Part shown: positions 1-8,716 of the stretch, piece by piece
Position numbering within the stretch: the first letter of the stretch is position 1
How the letters are laid out: each line of letters starts with the position of its first letter
Virus record (IMG/VR): IMGVR_UViG_3300031890_000032
Coordinates: 1 to 34,825 of that record
Direction: 5' to 3' (one strand)
Source: a virus
Taxonomy: Duplodnaviria; Caudoviricetes
DNA: 34,825 nt
Notes under the pieces: generated by a model
What the model saw: only the letters and a program-made list of their open reading frames with translations
Databases searched by the model: none
What the model was told of the DNA's origin: nothing
Program-made: the position numbers and the translations under genes

Positions 1-3000
1 CGGTGGCGCAGGCGTACCGGGCGCTGGCGTGTTGACGCATGCCTGCACGTCGCCGATGCCGCCACCAAACACGGCCACGTGCCCCGTGGGCACCAACGCC
101 ACAAACGGCGTGGGCGTCTGCGTGGGCTGCGGCACGAAGAACGGAGCCTGCGCCGGAGTAAGCGTGGGCGGCACCAGCGGCGTCTGCGTGGCGGTTGATG
201 TCGCAGTGCCAGTAACCGTCTGCGGCACGACGAACGGCTTAGGCGGTACAGGCGTGCCGGTGGGTGTAGCTGTGGCCGTGTTGGTTGGCGTGTGGGTGGG
301 CTGCGGAACGATGAACGGGTTAGGTGGTTGCGGCGTGTTGGTTGGCGTAGCCGTGGCAGTGCCCGTGGCAGTAGACGTGGGCTGCGGCACGAAGAACGGA
401 TTGGGCGGCTTGGGTGTGTTGGTCGGCGTGGCCGTAGCCGTACCGGTGGCCGTAACCGTGCCGGTGGCCGACGCCGTTGGGGCTGGGATGAAGAACGGCT
501 TAGGGGGTACCGGAGTATTAGTGGGTGTTGAGGTGAGTGTTACGGTCGGCGTACTGGTCGGCGTCTGCGTCGGAGACGCCGTGGGCTGCGGCACGATGAA
601 TGGGTTGGGCGGCTGCGGTGTGTTAGTGGGCGTGGCCGTGTTGGTAGGCGTTACCGTGACCGTATTCGTAGGAGTGTCGGTGGACGCTGGAATGAAAAAG
701 GGCTTGGGCGGCACGGGCGTGTTGGTCGGAGTAGCTGTGACCGTACCGGTGGGCGTGACCGTAGGCGTTGCAGTGAACGTGCTGGTAGCGGTGCCGGTGG
801 GCGCTGGAATGAAGAAGGGCTTGACGACCGGCGTGTTGGTGGGCGTAGCCGTGGCGGTGCCGGTGTTGGTTGCCGTAGCCGTAGCCGTGCCGGTGGCCGT
901 GTTGGTAGGTGCGGGAATGAAGAACGGCTTAGGCGGTACCGGAGTCCACGTTACGGTGAACGTCGCTGTGGCCGTAGCGGTCACAGTCGCGGTAAGCGTT
1001 GGCGTGGCAGTGATCGTTGGCGTGGCTGTGATCGTGTTGGTTGGCTGTGGGATAACGAACGGCTTGCTGAGGGGCGTAAAGGTGCGCGTGGGCGTAAACG
1101 TGGGCGTGGGCGTTGCAATCGTCAGCGCGTACTTGGTTCCCAAGCACGCTGCCGCTAGCGAGCGATCCGATGGCGATAGCTCCGCGCTGTACACCACCAC
1201 TTCCGCTATGGAGCCCACCAGGCCCCAGTTATTGAACGAGACGCCCAGCCGCCCGTTGCCACCACCCATGCCGACGACGTTGCTCGTGTCGCTGTAGAGC
1301 GTACTGCCCGACAGCCGCGCCGTCCAGCCGCTGGCGGTCGAGGTGACGTTGTACAGATTCCACGTGGCCAGGCTGGTGGCCGGGTTGCCCTCCGCACGGC
1401 GGGTGGTGCTGCCAAAGCTGTCGTAGATGTTGCTGTCTCCTGGCCAGCGGTAATGCGTCGCCACGCCGGACGTGCTGTACAACCACAAGCCCGACGTGGC
1501 CGTGGACGCTGGCGGGTCCACGTCGGTCTTCACCACAATGAATACGTCGAACGCAGCGGGTGTCGAGGGTAAGTCGGGCAGCGCCAGCCCTTGCGTGCCG
1601 TCGTGATGCACGGCAGGCAGCCCGTTTACCACGGCGGTGTGGTACACCGGATTCGGCAGGCCGCTGACGGTGGTAGCGTCGCGCCCGTTGCCGCTGCTGT
1701 CTGGCCACGTCAGCAGCGAGGCTCCGTCGGCCAGACCGGTAATGGCGTCGCCGCGATACCACATGGCAATGCTTGCCTGCTGCGGTAAGCAACTGGTCGG
1801 CGTAGGGGTAGCGGTACGGGTCGCCGTGGCCGTGGCCGTGGGCGTGGGCGTGTAGATGGTTGGCGTGACGGTTGGCGCGGGAATGAAGAACGGCGCGAAG
1901 CGCGGCAGCGGGCAATACTCCACGGTCAGCGATGGGCGTTGACTGGGGAAGGAGACAGTCGAAGTGGCGATGTAGATGTAGTTGTTCCCGGTGGGTGCCG
2001 CCCCGCCAGGCCGATATGTGGTCAGGCGCAGGTCGGTGAACGTACCCGCACCCACCTTGATGTTGCTGAGGTTCTGGAGCGTGTAGTTCTCGTCCGCCGT
2101 TGCCACGCCAGACAGCGGCCCCGGTATGTCGAACGCCACCGGCCCCGTTGGCGTCGGCACCCAGTCGGCGCTGCTCATAGTGCCGCTGAAGTACCGTGCG
2201 CCGACCGTCGCGTCGCTGTTTGCCGCCGTATCAACGCCCACGAACAGGTGCATCCACGCCGCCGCCACGTACGCGCCCGCTGGGGCTGCATCACCCGTCG
2301 GGAACCGCGCCACGTAGTTCTCACTGGTGTACGTGCTGGTGCCGTCGTAACTTGCCTGGATGTAGTTGGCGGTGCCGGAAACAAATCCTGGACTGCTCCC
2401 CGGCCACGACGCCCCCTGCGTGTACGGGAAGCCATCGGACGCCAGCGGCGTCAGCACAGCGAACGTGCACTGGTTGCTCATTGGGGACGGTGTAGGCGTC
2501 AGTGTAATCGTCGGAGTCAACGTCACCGTCGCAGTCGCCGTAACCGTAGCCGTGCTGGTGGCCGTGGCGGTGGCCGTGGCAGTGGCGGGCGGCGTGTTGG
2601 TGACGGTTGCCGTGGGCTGTGGGATGATGAACGGCTTGGGCGGCAGTGGAGTCCACGTGGGCGTGGGCGTCGCCGTGGCGGTGCTGGTGGCAGTGGCCGT
2701 GCTGGTGGCCGTAGCGGTGGCCGTGGCCGTAAACGTGGGCGTGTTGGTGACCGTCGCCGTTGCAAGCGGCGTCGGTGTCTGCGGGACAACCACTGGCATA
2801 AAGCGTGGCGGCGGGCAGTATTCGATTGTGAGGAAGGGCTGCTGAGTTGAGAGAGCGCTCGACGTGGCGATGTAAAGATAATTGTTGCCCGTGGGCGCAG
2901 CGCCGCCGGGCCGCACCGCCACCAGGCGCAGATCGGTGTATCCGCCGGTACCAGTCTTGATGTTGGCCACATTGGTAAGCGCAACGTTCTGATCGCCGCT

Positions 3001-4956
3001 GGCGTAACCCGAGAGCGGCCCTGGCATATCGAACGCCACCGGCCCAACCGCCGTGGCGGACCAGTCGGTCAAGTCAAGCGTTGAGCCCGCATCAAAGTAC
3101 CGCGCGCCGATCGTCGTATCGGTGTTGGCAGACGTCTGCGCGCCGACGAACAGGTGCATCCACGCCGTGGCGATGTACGAGTTGGCGGGAATCGCGGCAC
3201 CCGTAGGGAACCGGGCGACGTAGTTCTCCGACGTGTACGTGCTCGTGCCGTCCCACGACGCCTGAATGTAGTTGGCCGAGCCAGTGACAAAGCCTGTTGC
3301 ACTCCCTGGCCACGAGCCACCTTGCGCGTACGGGAAGCCGTCGCTGGAGAGTGGCGTCACCACGACGAACTGGCACTGGTTGCTCATCGGCGTGGGTGTC
3401 GTGGTAAAGGCGCTCGTTGCGGTGGCAGTCGCTGTTGCCGTTGCGGTAGCGGTAACGGTAGCGGTGCTGGTGTTGACCGGCGTATTGGTAGCCGTTGCGG
3501 TACGTGTCAAGGTGAACGTCGCGAGCGACGTTGCGGTAGCCGTTGCAGTAGGCTGCGGCACAAAGAACGGACGCGGTGCGGGGGTGATGGTCGGCGTTAC
3601 GGTGGGCGTGTTGGTCGGCACGGCCAGCGTAATGCCGTACTTTGCCGCCAGGCAGGCGTTGACCGTGGCGCGGTCCACCGAGGACAGCGCGGTATTGTAC
3701 AGCACGAACTCGGCGATGTACCCCACCAGGCCCCAGTTACTGAACGACACGCCGATGCGCCCGTTGCCACCGCCCATCGCCACGGTGTTGGTCGTATCTG
3801 AGTACACTTGCGCACCGTTGAACCGGGCGATCCAGCTAGCGGAAGCGGACGACACGTTGTATATGTTCCACGCGGCCAGGTTGTTCGGCAGGTTGCCCTC
3901 GCTGCGGCGGGTGGTGCTGCCAAAGCCGTCGTACACGTTCAAGTCACCGGGGTACCGGTAATGCGTCGCGAGCCCCGACGTACCGTACAGCCACAAGCCC
4001 GACGCTGGAGACGCCGCCGGAGGGTCAAGGTCGGCCTTCACAACGATGAACGTCTCAAGTGACGCAGGCGTCGCTGGCAGGTCGGGCACCGCCAGCCCCT
4101 GTGCGCCGTTCTGATACACGGCAGGCAGTCCGTTCACAATTCCGGTCTTGTACGTCGGATTGCCAAGGCCGCCCACCGTCGTGGCGTCCCGTCCGTTGCC
4201 GCTACTGTCGGGCCACGTGCCGAGGCTCGCACCGTTGGCGACGCCGGTAATGGCGTCCGCCTTGTACCAGATTGCCATACCGCTCAGCACCATGCAGCCC
4301 GTTGGCGTCACGGTGGCGGTAGCCGTGGCGGTGGCGGTGGCCGTGCTTGTCGGCGTGTTGGCCGGGGTGTTGGTTGCCGTGGACGTATTGACAGGGGTGT
4401 TGGTGCTGGTGGCCGTGGTTGTCCGAGTAGCGGTAGCCGTGTTGCCCGGCAGCGGGGTGTTCGTATTAGTCGCGGTCGCTGTGGGCTGCGGAACGAAGAA
4501 CGGCTTGGCCACCGGCGTGTTGGTCGGCGTGGCCGTGGCCGTGGCCGTGTACGTACGTGTCACGGTGTTGGTGAAGAGCGGCGTGTTGGTGCTGGTGGCT
4601 GTATTGACGGGCGTATTGGTAGCGGTAGCGGTGTTCACGGGTGTGTTAGTGCGTGTGGCCGTGTTGGCCGGCGTATTGGTAGCGGTAGCGGTGTTGACCG
4701 GCGTGTTGGTGCGTGTGGACGTGTTGGCAGGCGTGGGCGTCCACGTAGCGGTGGCTGTGTTGGTGGCCGTGCCGACCGGCCCAGGCGTGGGCGTTTGCGG
4801 AACAAAGAACGGGCGGAGGGTGGGGCCAGGCGGCGTGGCGGGGAGTTGCGGAATGTAGGGGATGTTCGAGCGAAGCGGTGGAATCCAGTTAGCCGCCGTG
4901 ACGGTGAAGCCAACCACCAGCACCGCAACGATCCATGCGACCCGGCGACCCCACAA
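1..4956 (-). CDS. Giant secreted Thr/Pro-rich modular adhesin-like protein (>1652 aa, truncated by window edge): signal peptide, LamG-like x2, DNRLRE/CBM96-like x2, long Thr/Pro linkers
   Basis: Not in the ORF track, consistent with having no in-frame stop in the window. TTG at 4956 lies 5 nt after GGAGG. Hand translation begins [27 protein letters not shown]. LamG-like copies at ~3628-4296 and ~1120-1791 (W..AD/GD..G...W.D.SGNGRDA...G.IAE...Y...LS..DR...KY). Second domain at ~2815-3378 and ~1912-2470. The plus-strand VGVAV shadow ORFs all fall in the matching antisense frame. Confidence 0.88.
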   Translation of the reverse strand, partial: MWGRRVAWIVAVLVVGFTVTAANWIPPLRSNIPYIPQLPATPPGPTLRPFFVPQTPTPGPVGTATNTATATWTPTPANTSTRTNTPVNTATATNTPANTATRTNTPVNTATATNTPVNTATSTNTPLFTNTVTRTYTATATATPTNTPVAKPFFVPQPTATATNTNTPLPGNTATATRTTTATSTNTPVNTSTATNTPANTPTSTATATATATATVTPTGCMVLSGMAIWYKADAITGVANGASLGTWPDSSGNGRDATTVGGLGNPTYKTGIVNGLPAVYQNGAQGLAVPDLPATPASLETFIVVKADLDPPAASPASGLWLYGTSGLATHYRYPGDLNVYDGFGSTTRRSEGNLPNNLAAWNIYNVSSASASWIARFNGAQVYSDTTNTVAMGGGNGRIGVSFSNWGLVGYIAEFVLYNTALSSVDRATVNACLAAKYGITLAVPTNTPTVTPTITPAPRPFFVPQPTATATATSLATFTLTRTATATNTPVNTSTATVTATATATATATATSAFTTTPTPMSNQCQFVVVTPLSSDGFPYAQGGSWPGSATGFVTGSANYIQASWDGTSTYTSENYVARFPTGAAIPANSYIATAWMHLFVGAQTSANTDTTIGARYFDAGSTLDLTDWSATAVGPVAFDMPGPLSGYASGDQNVALTNVANIKTGTGGYTDLRLVAVRPGGAAPTGNNYLYIATSSALSTQQPFLTIEYCPPPRFMPVVVPQTPTPLATATVTNTPTFTATATATATSTATATSTATATPTPTWTPLPPKPFIIPQPTATVTNTPPATATATATATSTATVTATATVTLTPTITLTPTPSPMSNQCTFAVLTPLASDGFPYTQGASWPGSSPGFVSGTANYIQASYDGTSTYTSENYVARFPTGDAAPAGAYVAAAWMHLFVGVDTAANSDATVGARYFSGTMSSADWVPTPTGPVAFDIPGPLSGVATADENYTLQNLSNIKVGAGTFTDLRLTTYRPGGAAPTGNNYIYIATSTVSFPSQRPSLTVEYCPLPRFAPFFIPAPTVTPTIYTPTPTATATATRTATPTPTSCLPQQASIAMWYRGDAITGLADGASLLTWPDSSGNGRDATTVSGLPNPVYHTAVVNGLPAVHHDGTQGLALPDLPSTPAAFDVFIVVKTDVDPPASTATSGLWLYSTSGVATHYRWPGDSNIYDSFGSTTRRAEGNPATSLATWNLYNVTSTASGWTARLSGSTLYSDTSNVVGMGGGNGRLGVSFNNWGLVGSIAEVVVYSAELSPSDRSLAAACLGTKYALTIATPTPTFTPTRTFTPLSKPFVIPQPTNTITATPTITATPTLTATVTATATATFTVTWTPVPPKPFFIPAPTNTATGTATATATNTGTATATPTNTPVVKPFFIPAPTGTATSTFTATPTVTPTGTVTATPTNTPVPPKPFFIPASTDTPTNTVTVTPTNTATPTNTPQPPNPFIVPQPTASPTQTPTSTPTVTLTSTPTNTPVPPKPFFIPAPTASATGTVTATGTATATPTNTPKPPNPFFVPQPTSTATGTATATPTNTPQPPNPFIVPQPTHTPTNTATATPTGTPVPPKPFVVPQTVTGTATSTATQTPLVPPTLTPAQAPFFVPQPTQTPTPFVALVPTGHVAVFGGGIGDVQACVNTPAPGTPAPP

Positions 4957-4971
4957 TGGTTCCTCCACCCA

Positions 4972-6399
4972 TCAGTACATGAGCCGCCCAGAGGCGACCT
5001 TGCCGACGCCGGGAGACGTGTCACCCGCGTTGGTGCCATCGCGCGTCACGAGCACATTGCAGTCGACGGGCGGTGTGGCGGTGCTGGGGATGGGCACCGA
5101 CGGAAACGAGAGAAGCGTGTACCCGCTGAAGACGTTGACGAGCGGAGCGCAGACCGATGGCGTGTACGCGCCCCACGTCATGTTGCGGAGCGGAACCGTG
5201 ACAAAGTACGGGCCGCATCCGATGGCCACCTTGAAGCACTGGTTCGTACACGAGCCCGTTCCAGAGCCGGTACAGCAGCTCAGCGGTGCGCCCGACGCGG
5301 TACATTGCGTGTTGTCCACCACCGTGCTGGCTTCCATGTCGAACCGGATCGTCGTCGCGCCGAGCGGCATCGCCCACGTCCACATGAACGGCCACGCGAA
5401 GGAGTCCGTCGTGACGGGATCGCAGTCGCGCGTGGCGATCTGTGGTTGGCCTTTGACCGAATCGTTCAGGTTGAGCGGACACGACAACGTGTTGCCGGAC
5501 GCCGGCCCCATGCCGAACTTGTTGACGAGGTAGCTGAACACCAACTGGCGATCCGCCGCCGAGAGCACTTGGTTGTAGAGGATGAACTCGCCGACGTCGC
5601 CGTTCAGGTAGTAGTTCAAGCCGCCGTCGCCCGTACCGCCATGCGACTGCCCGAGCGTCGGCGTGGCGGAGAACTGCACCGTGTTGCTCGCCGTGGAGAA
5701 GAGCGACACACCACCGAGAAAGATCTGATACCCGCCACCGGCCGAGTACACGTCATACACGCGCCACTGCGTCAGCGTGCCGACCGCCGAGTGGTCGATG
5801 CCGCCAATGCCAGTGCCCTTGCGCACCGTGGTGCCGAAGCCCTCGTAGATCTTGTCGTCGGTCCACGGGTAGGCGGTCGCCGGGTAGCCGTCGGAGGAGT
5901 TGGAGTCGGTGAAGCGCCAGAGCCCGGTGTTGTTCGTAAGCGTCGGCGGGTCGGTGGTGATCTTGACGACGATAAACGCCTCGCCCGCCGAGTAGCTGGA
6001 CGTCGAGGGAAGATTAAAGAACTGAGAGTTCGCCGCCGTGAAGCGCACCACGGGCGCGCACGCGGTGCAGCTGGCTGCGCCCGGCGGATAGGAGGAGTTC
6101 CACGGACCGTTGGCGACGTTGGTCTGGTAGGTGGGGCGGTTGGCGGCGGTGACCTGCGTGGCGTGATTGTTGTTGCCGGAGGTGTCGAACCACGTAGCGA
6201 TGGCCGCACCGTTGGCAAGCCCGACGATCTGATCGGCGCGGAGCCACTCCGTCATGTTGGCGGTGGGCGGCATGGCGCCCATCGAGAAGCTCGATGCGGC
6301 GTTGAACGGCACGATGTTGAGATTCAGCTGCGCGAGCGCAGAGACGCCAAAGCCGAGAAGCACCGCCACCGCGCCGAGCGCGAGGAGACGGCGGCGCAT
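4972..6399 (-). CDS. Secreted protein (475 aa): LamG-like jelly-roll domain plus C-terminal beta-sandwich carrying a Cys-rich insert
   Basis: Signal peptide MRRRLLALGAVAVLLGFGVSALA|Q. Contains WLRADQI..W.DTSGNNNHA...GDVGEFILYNQVLS..DR...YLVNKFG, then one CTASGAPLSCCTGSGTGSC module. Start overlaps the upstream stop (TGATG). Confidence 0.88.
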   Translation of the reverse strand: MRRRLLALGAVAVLLGFGVSALAQLNLNIVPFNAASSFSMGAMPPTANMTEWLRADQIVGLANGAAIATWFDTSGNNNHATQVTAANRPTYQTNVANGPWNSSYPPGAASCTACAPVVRFTAANSQFFNLPSTSSYSAGEAFIVVKITTDPPTLTNNTGLWRFTDSNSSDGYPATAYPWTDDKIYEGFGTTVRKGTGIGGIDHSAVGTLTQWRVYDVYSAGGGYQIFLGGVSLFSTASNTVQFSATPTLGQSHGGTGDGGLNYYLNGDVGEFILYNQVLSAADRQLVFSYLVNKFGMGPASGNTLSCPLNLNDSVKGQPQIATRDCDPVTTDSFAWPFMWTWAMPLGATTIRFDMEASTVVDNTQCTASGAPLSCCTGSGTGSCTNQCFKVAIGCGPYFVTVPLRNMTWGAYTPSVCAPLVNVFSGYTLLSFPSVPIPSTATPPVDCNVLVTRDGTNAGDTSPGVGKVASGRLMY

Positions 6400-7385
6400 C
6401 AGTAGGTAAACACCAGATCGATGAGGCTCATGTTCGAGGTATTCTCGCTCGAAGCAGAAGCCAGGTTCGCATCGCGGCAGAAGCGCACGATTACCGAGTC
6501 TTTCGGATGGCAGCCGCTCATGGTCATGCTGGTGGTGGAGAAGGAAGTCTGCCGCGACACAATGCCGCCAGTTGCCGATGGTGCCTGGCAGTTATTGCTG
6601 GCACCGGCGGTCGGTGCGGCGTAGAGCAGCGTGGCGGCGCCGAAGCCGTAGGCCCCGCCGCCGGCCGCGCATGCCACGTCGGTGTGGAAACATGCGGCGT
6701 GTGTGCCGTCGAGCACGCCACACGTGCCGGTGGTCGAGCCCGTGCAGCACGGCCACGGCACGCCCGCCGCCGTGCAGGTGGCGTTGCCCTTAGTCACCAT
6801 GCCGTAGGTCCACGTCATGTTTCCCGCCGCCACGTAGTCGGGCGGCATCGGAAAGTGGAGCAGGATGCAGCGCGACGCGCCGCAGTTCCCGGTACCGCTC
6901 CCGGTGCAGCAACTGTACGGTGTGTTGGCCCCCGTACAGTACGTGGTGCAGGTGCCCGCACCCGCGCCGGTGCAGCAAGCCCACGGTGCGCCGGAGCCCG
7001 TGCAGAGCGTGTTGGTCGCCACGGGCGCGTCAAAGTCCGCCAAGATCGCCCGGTTGGTGTTGCTCTGATAGAGCGTGCGCGGCGCGGTGAACGAGAGATT
7101 GCTCCCGAGCGACGCCCAGTTGCAGTTGCCCGCGCCCGCGCCGGTGCAGCAGTAGTAGGGCGCTGCGAGACCGGTGCAGAGCGAATTGAGACCGGGACCG
7201 CACGTACCGGTGCCCACCCCCGTGCAACACGCGTCCGGTGCGCCGGAGCCCGTGCAGAAGGCGTTGACCATCGGGTCTTCCGCGCTGGCGGCTTGGAAGC
7301 CGATCGAGCCGGCCCACACGGCTGACGGCGCAGCAAGCGCTGCTACCAACAGCACTGCCCAAAGCCACTTGATGATTCGAGTCAT
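6399..7385 (-). CDS. Secreted cysteine-rich protein (328 aa) with five CTGxGxPxxCCTGxGxGxC modules
   Basis: Signal peptide ending AVWA|G; GAGGAG RBS upstream; five repeats read directly. The scaffold (F.MP...RD...Y) resembles the C-terminal domain of the 475-aa neighbour. Confidence 0.88.
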   Translation of the reverse strand: MTRIIKWLWAVLLVAALAAPSAVWAGSIGFQAASAEDPMVNAFCTGSGAPDACCTGVGTGTCGPGLNSLCTGLAAPYYCCTGAGAGNCNWASLGSNLSFTAPRTLYQSNTNRAILADFDAPVATNTLCTGSGAPWACCTGAGAGTCTTYCTGANTPYSCCTGSGTGNCGASRCILLHFPMPPDYVAAGNMTWTYGMVTKGNATCTAAGVPWPCCTGSTTGTCGVLDGTHAACFHTDVACAAGGGAYGFGAATLLYAAPTAGASNNCQAPSATGGIVSRQTSFSTTSMTMSGCHPKDSVIVRFCRDANLASASSENTSNMSLIDLVFTY

Positions 7386-7404
7386 TGTTTCGCACTCCTC
7401 TTCT

Positions 7405-7429
7405 CGCGTGGCTGTATGGTAGCCACGCG
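7405..7429. promoter_or_regulatory. Intergenic 9-bp hairpin just upstream of the RBS of the Cys-rich gene
   Basis: CGCGTGGCT (7405-7413) / AGCCACGCG (7421-7429), 7-nt loop, no U-tract. Confidence 0.45.
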
Positions 7430-7452
7430 CTCTGCGTATAGTAAACCACCGT

Positions 7453-8055
7453 CTATAGTCCCACGGCTTGCATGCACAGCGTACCGCTACGGGCGTTGGC
7501 GGCGTCCTGGTTGAACACCAGGGCGCACGCGCCCGTGGTCGTCTGCCCCGTCAAGTGGTGCACCATCAACGCCGCGATGCCTCCGGTGGGCGTGTCCGTA
7601 ACGACGGGACCGACCACCACGTAGCCACCTGAGCTGAGATAAGGGCTGCTCCACGTCACGCACACGTTGGCCACGGCAGCCGCCGCAATCGACCCGGTGC
7701 CTACGCAGGCCCGCTGCCCGCCGCCGATCGATCCGTTGGTGGCCGGCAGGCAGAAGATCATCGCGCCCAGGGACGGGTCGCGCTCGACCACCACGCACAC
7801 CGGGGTCTGCACGGGGGTCTGCTGCGGCGTGGGCCACTGAATCATCTCGGGCTTGATGCGCGCCTCTGGCAGCGGGGTGCCCGTCTCGGTGGGGGTGGGC
7901 GGCGACGTACCGGTGGGCGTGCCGGGGGGCGTGGCGGTGGGGGGTACGGCTACGGGCGTCCACGTGCGGGTGCCCGTAAACGTGGGCAGCTGCGCCCGCG
8001 CCGGTAACTCGAGAACCATCAGCAATCCTATGACGAACAACCAGCGGCTGGTCAT
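7453..8055 (-). CDS. Secreted protein (200 aa): Thr/Pro linker plus C-terminal small beta-sandwich resembling phage tail-fibre tip (gp53-like/H-type-lectin-like) domains
   Basis: Signal peptide ending PARA|Q. The C-terminus VTWSSPY...YVVV...MQAVGL follows the typical fibre-tip pattern (vtf..pf...y.V...AiG). Confidence 0.75.
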   Translation of the reverse strand: MTSRWLFVIGLLMVLELPARAQLPTFTGTRTWTPVAVPPTATPPGTPTGTSPPTPTETGTPLPEARIKPEMIQWPTPQQTPVQTPVCVVVERDPSLGAMIFCLPATNGSIGGGQRACVGTGSIAAAAVANVCVTWSSPYLSSGGYVVVGPVVTDTPTGGIAALMVHHLTGQTTTGACALVFNQDAANARSGTLCMQAVGL

Positions 8056-8696
8056 AGCATGGGAATGTTACGCATGTTGATGACCTGAAAGTACACTTCC
8101 TGCGTGCCGGTGCCGGGGACAGGCGTCGGCGCAGTGCTGGGCACCGGGGGCGGAGCCCACGTCCATTGGCAGGTAAAGCGGTGCGTTTCGCTCGGAATCC
8201 ATACGCAGCTACCCGGTGACCCGCCACAGTCGGCGTCGGTAGCGCAGCCCTGTGTGGTGTTGCCGGCACAGTAGCCGCTCTGCACCACCACGTTCACGTC
8301 GCCTTGCAGCGTCAGGTATGTGGTGACGCTGGTGGGGGCAAACGATCCGGTGTCGTACAGCACGCTGTTGGTGGGCGTGTCGTGCACCTGGCAGCGCAAC
8401 GTCCACGGCTGCACCTTTATGTTGTCCGGCGTAGTGTATTCCAGCATCAGGCGCACGTCGGAGCCTTCGTTCACCACAAACGCAATCGCCGGTGGCAACG
8501 GCAGGCTCGTGGTACCGGGCGCAGTGGGGTCACCGGGTGGGTCCCAGCGGCGGTCGCCGAAGACGACGACGGTAGGCGTTGGATGCGGATGCCCGTGGCG
8601 GCGGTGCCACCGGTGGTGATGCGGCGCAGGCGTGGGCACCGGGGTTGCGCCCACCAGCGCCGCCAGCGACGCGCACAGTATGAGTTGACGCAGCAT
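8052..8696 (-). CDS. Secreted protein (214 aa) with His/Arg-rich segment, Ig/BppU-like beta-sandwich and a Cys-rich insert
   Basis: GGGAG RBS; hydrophobic N-terminus; HHHRWHRRHGHPHP; VNEGSDVRLMLEY... domain; CAGNTTQGCATDADCGGSPGSC. The fold call is tentative. Confidence 0.75.
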   Translation of the reverse strand: MLRQLILCASLAALVGATPVPTPAPHHHRWHRRHGHPHPTPTVVVFGDRRWDPPGDPTAPGTTSLPLPPAIAFVVNEGSDVRLMLEYTTPDNIKVQPWTLRCQVHDTPTNSVLYDTGSFAPTSVTTYLTLQGDVNVVVQSGYCAGNTTQGCATDADCGGSPGSCVWIPSETHRFTCQWTWAPPPVPSTAPTPVPGTGTQEVYFQVINMRNIPML

Positions 8697-8716
8697 GGTC
8701 TTCTCCCTTTAGGTTA

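Noticed and set aside
1120-4296. Duplicated domains as a diversity-generating retroelement TR/VR pair
   Set aside because: In the segments compared, differences are largely synonymous and not adenine-specific. Both copies are coding, and no reverse transcriptase is in the window.
4957-4974. Single in-frame TGA between the 475-aa gene and the giant ORF (readthrough, selenocysteine or recoding)
   Set aside because: The downstream ORF has its own GGAGG RBS, TTG start and signal peptide, and TGA is a normal stop in many ATGA overlaps in this window.
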